64,000 nucleotides of DNA from the human T2T-CHM13v2.0 reference genome, Homo sapiens: assembly GCF_009914755.1 (NCBI RefSeq), contig NC_060934.1; one strand, given 5' to 3'. A model generated the notes under the pieces. It made no database searches. It had not been told where the DNA came from and worked only from the letters and a program-made list of their open reading frames with translations. Shown one piece after another: positions 48,381 through 64,000 of this stretch (its first letter is position 1; each line of letters begins with the position of its first letter). Made by a program: the position numbers and the translations under genes.

Positions 48381-50084
48381 CACTGTGCTTGGTGTCATAA
48401 CTTTTTACTGAAAAAAAAATTTCAAAGAGAAAATATTCTAAAATAAACAGCAATAAATCAGATGAAGGGGGTCAGCAATACATAAAACGTGGTACAATTT
48501 ATGGTAGAAAGAGGTAAAATTTTATTTCTATTATCCAATGCCAAAGGACACCCCAAATGGTTCTGAGGATACCTTGGGCAGGTGCCAGATTTGGGGAGGC
48601 GAGGGGGAGGGAATCAATGGGACTCCAGTTCGATGACTGCGGTTCTTTACTTAAAAAAAAAAAAGTACTTGATGCATTGTTGGTGAAACTGAATATATAC
48701 AAATATATAGATATCTGGTAAGGAGAGCTGAAGACACAAGGAAAAGGCGTTGTCCTGGAGGGGATCCCTGAGAAATGGGGGCGCCTGCCCTGCCCAGAAC
48801 CCTTTTAAGGAAAGCATATGGGCAAAGCTTCCACAGACTGGGAGGAACAGCAATCAGCAGAGAGCTCAGGTGCTGGCAGGGGCTTCTAAAGAAAGGAGGG
48901 AGGGCGGTGGCAGGAGGAGGCGTTCGGTGCAGCAGGAACAGCCTAGGCAGAGGGCACGGGCGGTGGGAATGGCAGCACCATGGCAGGAAATCCGAGGGCT
49001 AGTCACCACCGCTGAGATGTGTTCTGATGTCCCTGAGTCTCCATCACTAAGAGACCTGAGAAAGTCGTCCTTCCGTGCAGCCTGGGAGGACTTCATAGAG
49101 CGAAGAGCAGAGGCAAAGGCTGGTGCGGAGAGTGACACAGCAGGGTCCAAAGCAGGACAGTTTGCTTGCAGGCTGGGTTGCCTGTAGCCAAAAAGAGACA
49201 TAACTCTGAGAGGCAGTGAGACTGAATCACGTGGGTCCTTGAATGCCAGGATGAGATGGTCAGACTTCCAAGGGGCGCTGGCAGCTGAGGCGGGGTGATC
49301 CAAAGGGCAGGGGCGGTTTTGGAGCTGGGCTGCAGAAAGCCACATTTGTGTCTGGAGAAGGTGATTTTCCTAAAGGCAAGCCAGAGACTGATTTGCCAAG
49401 AGCAGGAGACGCCTCGTGCTGCACGATAAGGACCTGAATGTAGTGATGGGGATGGAAAAGCAGAGGTCAATGGGACAGGTGGTATGCAAGCCAGTGCCAG
49501 GGGATATGGGTGTGGCTCCTTTAATCACGTGGGGAAGCCCACTCAGTCTGCCTGGAGGAAGGGGGAGTTTCCTTAAGGGCAGAGATGAAGCCCAGCCAGG
49601 TCTTACAGAAACGAGGCTGAGAGCTGGGAATCATTAAGATTGGAGAAAGCTCCTCTTTCCATGTATGTGTGTCTCTCCTTTCTGCGACTCTACCCTGTCC
49701 TCTGTGGCTCCGGTTTCTGTTCCCTGTGACTTCATCCTGCACTGGTCTTCCGTTGCCCTGGAGCCAATTCTGACCTCTCATCTCTGTGACCTGGAAGCTC
49801 CTGTGTTCCACACTTCTGCTCACAGTTAAGGATCTTGACATTAAAATAACTGGCCGGCACTGGGCCATGAATACACTGGATCATGTGTCCACTCTTGGGT
49901 GAGGTCACCCAAGGCTGCCCCTTCCTGAGCTATGGCAAAGCAGATTAGTTCAGAAATTGACTGACAGGTTTGGTAGAGATGCCAAAGAGAAACAATCAAA
50001 GACAACAGTAGGGACAACTCATTCTTACTGGAAAACACTGGTGCACTTCACTGAAAGAAAAGCATGAACTTGGGCATTTGGTAA

Positions 50085-50761
<677 letters not shown>

Positions 50762-51245
50762 TCAAAATTATTTTTAAACCAGAAGTATATATAGGATGAC
50801 CTCTATCACTATCTCTATTCAGTATTATACTGGCAATCCTAGCCAGCACAGTAAGAGAAGAAAAAGAAAATGGACGTATAAAAAAGTGGAAAGCCAGAAA
50901 TAAAACTCATTATGCAGGTGATATTCATATCTAATAGAAAATCAAATAAATCTGTAGATAATTTATTATACTAAGAGCTTATATAAAAATCAATTGCATT
51001 TTTATACAACAGCAGTTAGAAGGCATAATCTTTTAAATGTTATGTATAATTTTTAAAATAATACTATTTCCACTAGTAACAAAAAAATACAAGGTATCTA
51101 GGAAAAAGTCTTACAAAAGATGTGTGAGAAAAAAATTTAAAGACTTTATTATAATATATGAAGGACATAAATAAATACAAGAGTATAATGTGTTTTTAGA
51201 AAACTCAATACCAAATGAGGTCAATTTTTCCCAAATTGATTTCTA

Positions 51246-51626
<381 letters not shown>

Positions 51627-51859
51627 TTATCTAGAAAAGCAAAGGCCCAAGAAGAGTCAAGTAGCCATGACACAGGTAGGAAGAGGAGGATAAAGGACCT
51701 GATTTACCAGGTCAATATTTATAATGAAGCTACTATAACTAAGAGTGTGGTGTTGGCAGAAGGATACATAATAGACTAATGAAACAGGATAGAGAACCTA
51801 GAAGCAGCCTCAGAAAAATATGAAAACTTGACATCCAACAAAGGTGATTTTGAATACTT

Positions 51860-52315
51860 TATTAGTTCCCTATTGCTACTGCAACAAATTACCACCAATT
51901 TAGTTACTTAAAGCAATACACATTTATTATCAGGCAGTTCTGGGGGCCAGAATTCTAATGTGTCTGCAGGGCTGTGTTCCTTTTGGAGGTTCAAAGGAAG
52001 AATTCTTTTTCAGCTTCTAGAGCCAGCCTACATTCCTTGGCTTGTGACCCCTTCCTCCATTTTTAACGTGCATCACTTCAACCCCTGAGCTACTTCTGTC
52101 TTTACATTTCTCTGATTCTAACTTCTCTGCCTCCCTCCAATGAGGACCTTCTGATTATACTGGGATCACTACGTAATCCAAGATAATCTCCCCTTCTCAA
52201 GATCCTTAACTTAATCATACCTGCAGATTCCTTTTCTCCTTAAAAAGTAACACATTCACAGTTACAGAGATTAGTATGTGGACATCTATGGAGAGCCATT
52301 GTTCAGCCTACCACA
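51860..52315 (-). mobile_element. MLT1 (B/C/D-like) solo LTR
   Basis: ATTAGTT..CTATTGCT..CAAATTACCAC...ATAATCTCCC..TCAAGATCCTTAACTTAATCA...TTCAGCCTACCACA. Confidence 0.78.
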
Positions 52316-52542
52316 AAGACCAACAGGGAAAGGACAGAAATGGTGCTGGGACAATTGGTTGTTCATATGGAAAAAACACAAAATTTATATTTTTAATACA
52401 AAAAATAATTTCAAAAAGATCACTTAAATGTGAAAATCAAAGTTTAATAGTTTTTGAAACTAATGTAGGAGAATGTTTTAACAACTTCGGTAGAGAAGGA
52501 TTTATTAAATAATATATTAAAAATTGGAATCATAAAAGATTG

Positions 52543-52811
52543 GGCCGGGTACGATGGCTCACACCTATAATCCTAGCACTTTGAGAGGCCGAGGCAGGTG
52601 GATCACTTGAGCCCTGGAATTCATGATCAGCCTGGGCAACATGGCGAAACCTCATCTGAACAAAAACACAAAAACATTAGCCAGGCATGTTGATGCACAC
52701 CTGCACACTGGTAGTTCCAACTACTCAGGAGGCTAAGGTGGGAGGATTGCTTGAGCCTGGGAAACAGAGGTTGCAGTAAGCCGAGATCACGGCACTGCAC
52801 TTTAGCCTGGG

Positions 52812-52840
<29 letters not shown>
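52543..52840 (+). mobile_element. Alu (AluJ-like)
   Basis: Dimer with a long poly-A. Confidence 0.88.
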
Positions 52841-52844
<4 letters not shown>

Positions 52845-53069
52845 CCAGAACATGAAGGCACATTTCATCGTCATTTTAAAACAAAAAAAGAATAAGAAGA
52901 AAAGAAAAGATTAATAAATGCAACTGCATTAAAATTTAGAAGCTCTATTTCATAAAAGACACTGTACAGAAAGTGTAAAGTCAAGCCACAAACTGGAAGA
53001 ATATATTCACAACATTATAATCAACAAGGAAATCATATTCAGAATACGTAAGTATAAAAATCAATAAGA

Positions 53070-53392
<323 letters not shown>

Positions 53393-53758
53393 TCAATAGA
53401 AAAATGGACAAAAGACCAGTGGTCTGTAAATATGCTCAACCTCATCAGTAATCAGGAAAATGGAAATAAAGATGACACTTGAGATGCTAATTTATGTCTA
53501 CCAAATTGGCAAAAGATTTCAAATCTGATTGTTCAAAGTGTTGGTGGAAAGATAGAGCAGTAGGGACGCCTTTAGCTACACATAGGAGTATAAATTGGCA
53601 CAGTCACTTTGGAAAACAAGTTGACAGTATTTTAAACTGAATATGCACACATCCTATAGCCAGATATTTCACTCTTAGGTATCTATCTAGAGAAACTCTT
53701 GTACATATGCATGAGGAGATATTTACAAAATAGATCATAACAGAATTCTTTGAAATTA

Positions 53759-54181
<423 letters not shown>

Positions 54182-54334
54182 CTACAGCTACATGTTGCAA
54201 TAAAGATAAATCTCAGAAACATAAAAGTGAGTGAGGAAGAAAAAGAAATCCTTAAGAAGATAGCACATTATAAGGTACTATTTTTATGCATCTCAAAAAC
54301 AGGCAAAACCGAGCAACATGTTGTTTACAGATCA

Positions 54335-54991
<657 letters not shown>

Positions 54992-55231
54992 GAGATATAG
55001 TCATGTTAGCTAACACTATTTTTAAAAGCATGAAAATGATAAACACAAAATTTAAGATAGTCGTTACCTCTGAAGAGTAGAGAGGGAGGCAGGGGTTGGC
55101 ATAAGGGAGAGGCATGCTGCTCCAAATGGTCACATTCAAGAGCTGAAGTTTGGGGCAGGCTTGCCATGTTCACTATATTATCATTATAACTTACATATGT
55201 TATATGTTATATGTTATATGTAAGTTATAAT

Positions 55232-55707
<476 letters not shown>

Positions 55708-56694
55708 TAAAAAACAACTCAATTAGAAAATAGGCAAATGGCTTGAACAAACACTTCATAAAGAAGATATCCAAATGACCAATAAGTGCATGAAAAAGTG
55801 TTCAACCTCATCACTCATGGGAGAAATATACATGAAAACCACAGTGAGATGCCACCACATACCAGACAGGACGGCTGAAATGTAAAAGTCTGACAATATT
55901 AAGTGCTAGCAAGGCTATGGAGCAGGTGGAAATTATCATTAATTGTCAGAGGGAGAGTAATCCATGTTTCTATTTCAGAAAACAGTTGGACAATATCCAC
56001 TGAAGTTAAACATATGCCCAACTCCATGACCCAGAATTTCACTCCTATTTACCCAAAAGAAATTAGTGCATATAGCTATAAAAGACATGCATGCAACTGT
56101 TCATGAAAGCTTTATTCATAATAGCCCCATACTAGAAACAATCTAGAACATATATCTATAAAAGACATACACGAAACTCTTCATGATAGCTTTATTCAGA
56201 ATAGCCCCAAATTGGAAAGAAACTAAATGTTTACCAACAAGGTAAATAAATTGTGGTATATTTATTATACAATTAAAAAGAAGAAACTACTGATACAGTG
56301 ACATGCATGAATCTCCAACATTATGTAGATCAAAAGAAGTCAGACACATACATGCTGTATGGTTCTATATATATGATGTTCTAGAGCAGGTGAATTAATC
56401 GATGATGGTAGAAGTTGTAATAGTGGTTGCCTTTTAGTGGGGAAAGGTCTTGCCTGAGAAGAAACAAGAGGGAAACTTCTGGGATGATGGAAAATGTTCT
56501 AGATATTGATCTGAGTGGTGGTTACATTGTGTATATATATGAAAATTTTTATTGAGTTGTACATTTAAGATTTGCATATTCTACTATATAGTGTTTTTTT
56601 TTTTTTTTAAGTCCACTAGTTCTCTCTTTCAAGCCAATTTCCCCTCCCCAGCATTCCCTGTATAAGAATTTTGGACTTCTTGACATTTGGCCTA

Positions 56695-57069
<375 letters not shown>

Positions 57070-58476
57070 TCACAGGATAAACAAGAAACCAGGTGACACA
57101 GTTGAGAGGAATGTATTTTGCTGAAGGAATGAAGATAAGTAGAACAGAAAAGCTGACTGCCTCATGAATTCATTTGTTTATTCCACAAACACTATTTGAA
57201 CTTCGGCCACATGCAGACATCATGCCAACTTCTCCTCTAAGGATCAGGCCATCTGACTGATGACTCGGAAACAGAACTGGCTTTATCTTCCCCTTCATGT
57301 TGACTCAGTTTATCTCTGCTCCTGCCTTAGCCTCTCGCCCTTTCTTCTGTGGACCTTTTCCATCTCATGAGTTTAGCTGACTTGAATCTGACCATGGCCT
57401 GTGAATCTGTGAACCCTTCATTTTGGTTCTTCCTAATAAGTATCTGTCTCAGTCAGCTATAGCTGTGTAACAAAGTACACCCAAACTTGGTTGGTCAAAA
57501 CAGCATTTGTTACTCATGATTCTGTGGAGTTTGGCAGAGCTCAGTGGGCATAGCTTATCCTTCTCCACATGGTGTCCTCGGGTGGTTCAACTAGGGCTGG
57601 AGGATCCAACACACCTCCCTCCCTGTGTGGGCCTTGAAATAGCTGTTATCTACCAATTCTCTCTGACTCTCTGCCCTCTTCTCAACAGCTCGTTAAGAAT
57701 TGCCTGAACACATCCTCTCCTTTCCCATTGAGCTCTTGTAAAACTTTCAGATAGTGGCTACCACTGTCCCTATAACAAACATAAACAGGTACTAAAACCA
57801 GGATGCTGAGTTCCACACCAGCGTGAGGAGTCCTCTGTGTTTCTAAGAACCAGGCTTCAGGAAATGCACGGGGATTGTGTGCAGTCTAAGAGACTAAAGC
57901 TGGGCTAAAAATATTTTATTGTCATTGTTAAGAAAGAGAAAAAAAAACCCTATCTTGGGTAACCCCAGGTTAGATAAATAAATCAGTCGCTTCTCTTGAC
58001 ACTTTCCCACTCCACCCGGCTTCTTCCTGGATTTCCCATTCCGGCTAAATCTTCATAAATCCAAAGCCTCCGTGCAAACGGAGGTGGAGCAAAACAGAAA
58101 TAAATGTCAAAGACTGCACAGACAGCATGCATCAGCCTCTGACCCAGCAGATTATTTCAGGAAACACCCACAGTGCTCAGACAGGAAATTCTGTGCACTT
58201 CAGAGCTGTGAGCTCACAGATGCAGGGAGCATTGCTGTTACAGTCCAGACTAGAAGAATTGAGGTAAAGCATGGACTGGGCCCTTATCTGCTAGCTGTGA
58301 TCCTTGGGAACTTGTAGGCCACAGTTCCCACAGCTGTAAAAGAGGAGTGACAATGAATGAGACAGGGCACATAAACCACCTAGTAGGTATTCAGTAGACA
58401 TTGGCTCCCACTTGGAGCATGGTGCAACCCAGCCCTGCAGAAAGTTGGCCCTGTCCATCCACTTCATCAGCTGTCA

Positions 58477-58787
<311 letters not shown>

Positions 58788-59185
58788 GGAAATCAGGCCT
58801 TTGTGGGCTGTCTGCACCTGGCACTGTTCCTTGTAAAGAGGTTGGTTGTTCTTTTTTTTCCCCATGCCAAGCTGTATACACCTGTGGCTCACCCTTAGTA
58901 CATTATATCACCGTACTCATCATTTGACCAGATAGAAGAAGATTTGATTAAAATGCCATCATGTTAATTTGCTGTGTATGAGACACCTACATGCTCCGCT
59001 ATAAACAATTCATACACTTCCAGGCAGTGTCCAGAGTAAACCTGTTGTTTCTTTACAAACTTCACACTGCCTTGAAAATTAGGTAAGAGTTTGTCTGTTC
59101 ACACATTATGAACTCTTGATGCATAGACCTGGAAACCCAAAATTGAAACATAAACTCTTCTGTAAGTATCTAAAAATTGAAGACA

Positions 59186-59490
59186 GTCCAGGCACGGTGG
59201 CTCACAAACTGTAATCCCAGCACTTTGGGAGGCAGAGGCAGGCAGATCACTTGAGGTCTGGAGTTCGAGACCAGCCTGACCAACATGGAGAAACCCCGTC
59301 TCTACTAGAAATACAAAAATTAGCCAGGCATAGTTGTGGGCACCTGTAATCCCAGCTACTCTACTCAAGAGGCTGAAACATGAGAATTGCTTGAACCCGG
59401 GAAGCAGAGGTTGCAGTGAACCAAGATCACACCACTGCACTCCAGCCTGGGCGACAAAGCCAGACTCCATCTCTAAATAAATAAATAAAT
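59186..59490 (+). mobile_element. Alu (AluS)
   Basis: Dimer, (TAAA)n tail. Confidence 0.9.
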
Positions 59491-60207
59491 AATTGAAGAC
59501 TGCCAGGCACATTCTAAGTGCTCAGTAAATGTTCACAATTAAAATTAAAAACATTCCTCAGAACATCATCCGGGGCTGGAGAGGTGTGATCAGGCAGTCG
59601 TTGGAACAGTAACAGGTGCTGAAGTAAGATGGTTTGCTTTACTCCATTTTAGTTTCTCTTGTGTATGGGTTCTCTGCGTCACTCTTACAACCCTAAAAAT
59701 AAATGCTATATTTAATATTAGTCCACTTTAACTATTTCTGTCTGGACATGGTGGATTGTGCAGTAATTCATGCTTACCATTTCAGAAACTGTTCAGTGAT
59801 CCAAAGGTTAAATGCAGGATGTGGTTTCTGCAGACTCTGGCATATATACAGCGCATGTTCAGTGCAGGCGAGCTATTTTTATGAAAGCTATGCTTAAATT
59901 TTCTCCTTGGATGACAGTAACATAAAACAGAAGAAGTTAGAGTAGCAATATGTGCTTATGTAATATTTGGTTTGTCTTGTTTTATTTTCCATGGGGTGCT
60001 ATGTAAGTACAGTACTGACAACTATAGTACTGAAACCCTGCAAATTTACTTTTTATTATTTCAGTTTAGTTACCAAAAATTATGTGATGCATCACATGAC
60101 CAATCATGCAAAAATTCGTGCTTAAGTGCCTCAGAAACTTCTCCATGGTCTAAAGGTTCAACTCAGGATGTGGTTTCCACCCCAAAGCCAGTCCCAGCTG
60201 CCACTCA

Positions 60208-60836
<629 letters not shown>

Positions 60837-60953
60837 CTCACTTTCCTTTTATGGCTTGAGTTTTATCTCTATCGAAGTAATAAGTGTGCTTATCTTTAAA
60901 AATCAAACGTTTTACAGTGAAAATGCTTACAATTAAAAATAATGGTCCCCTAG

Positions 60954-61673
<720 letters not shown>

Positions 61674-62359
61674 AACTCCATATTTTTAAACAATATGCTT
61701 ATACTGCTCTTTCTTGACTTTTCCATTGACTGTCTGCCCTAGAAGACTGGAATTTTCCTCTCCTGTGCTGCACACATATCTCCCCAATAAAGCTCTATCA
61801 CAAGTTTCGGTGAGATCAATACTCAGTATTCAACATTCATGATTACAGCTGTGTAAATATTACCCAGTGAGCCATTTATACTATACTATGATTGCATTTA
61901 TTTTCTCATGAAACTTTATTTCCTCTAGGTTAATAATTTGCTTATTTTTCTAAGTATTTATCTTCCCTTCATCACAAGGTGCCAATTGACTCAAGAATTG
62001 ATTCCTAGAACACTCAAACCCGTGAGGTCCACTCTCTTAATATATTTTTCTTTACTATGTCTCTCCTGAAATTCTCCTGCTTCTAATGTCTCTCTTGGAA
62101 CTTTAAGTGGTTTCATCCTTGCTATGAGGAATCAGAATTTATTTTAGCAATTGGTTGAGATAAAAATAAAAAGTTATTTTGAGATAGTTTCAGTAGGACA
62201 CTGAGTATTCAAACATGAATAAAACCAACTTCCTGCCCTCAACAAACTTTATCTGAACAGGAAAAACCATGAAACAGAAAAATTCGGGAATGCGTACACA
62301 GAGGCTACAGGAGTGGCCACCCAGGAAGGACAGCATGGGGTCTCGGAACCCCCAGCTGC

Positions 62360-62540
62360 TGTGGGAATCAAGCAGACCTGGTTTCAAATTCTGATCCTGC
62401 CTGCATGTGACCTCAGGTGGCTAACCCAGACTCACGACACGGGATTTATTTCTCTGTAAAATGCAGATACCACCCACCCATCCTCCTAGGATGCTGGAGA
62501 AATTATGTCAGAAGAGTTACGTGAAAGCACTCAGCACACG
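62360..62540 (+). mobile_element. MIR fragment
   Basis: GGAATCAAGCAGACCTGGTTTCAAAT..TGTGACCTCAGG..CTGTAAAATG..GTGAAAGCACTCAGCAC. Confidence 0.65.
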
Positions 62541-62764
62541 CCAGACCCTTGACATGGTCATGCCCTCCCAATCTCAACAGTTGAGTCCAGGAAAAAACTC
62601 CTCAAATAAAACCCCAAAAGCCACATACCTTAGGATTTGTACTGATTTTTCATTTCATATTGCAATTGTCCTCCCCAAAATCACCTTAAATTTTTTTTTA
62701 AGCACTTTCTTTCTGTTGGTATCAATAGCATTGTTACTTAGAAGGGGTCGGCAGAGGGTGCTGA

Positions 62765-63103
<339 letters not shown>

Positions 63104-63469
63104 TTTTTAGTACATTCAAAGGCTTGTGACTAGGAAAGTAAAAAGCTCAGTCTCACTGGAAAGTGATAACTTCATTTCAGTACATCCCCATTTCAGAGCT
63201 CAACTCTCCAGTTTTGCAAATCAGAAATTCCTCGGGGTGGTTGTTAGAAAAACCCGCAGTAAAAATTCTGTTGTTTTCTATTCTCAGAGAAGTTTAGGTT
63301 TTCAATCAGGCGATCAGTTAGTGTTACTGGACAGCTAAAGGGATCATTTTCAAAGCACACCAATCTTCTTTACAGGTGGGCTTAGACTGTCTCACCTGCT
63401 GCTTCCTAAGTCTTGATTGTTAATCAGCGGACAATGGCTACATTCTCACAACATCTTTGCGCGGTTTGA

Positions 63470-64000
<531 letters not shown>

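Overview
Human genomic DNA (primate Alu repertoire including an AluYa5) covering the 5' end of GRID1 (glutamate receptor delta-1, GluD1; known locus chr10q23) on the minus strand. Coding exon 1 is 12847-12925 (79 nt) and exon 2 is 10474-10629 (156 nt). Both have canonical GT-AG boundaries and sit in a CpG-island promoter. Positions 1-10473 are the start of intron 2. Positions ~13.4-64 kb are upstream intergenic DNA made mostly of retroelements (about 37 Alu elements, old L1/L2/MIR fragments, MaLR and ERV1 solo LTRs), with three CpG islands that have no recognisable gene (~23.4-24.1, ~36.0-36.6 and ~46.4-48.4 kb). No other protein-coding gene, tRNA, rRNA or CRISPR array is supported; the other long ORFs are GC-rich or Alu artefacts. 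I found no clearly novel biological system. The best leads are regulatory or structural: a perfect 31-bp hairpin in intron 2; an out-of-frame overlapping uORF and a (CTGGG)5 G-quadruplex in the GRID1 leader; divergent strong CTCF motifs in two orphan CpG islands; outward-facing splice donors in the distal island; and a young AluYa5 forming a tight inverted Alu pair. Repeat subfamily calls and boundaries are by eye from remembered consensus sequences and are approximate.
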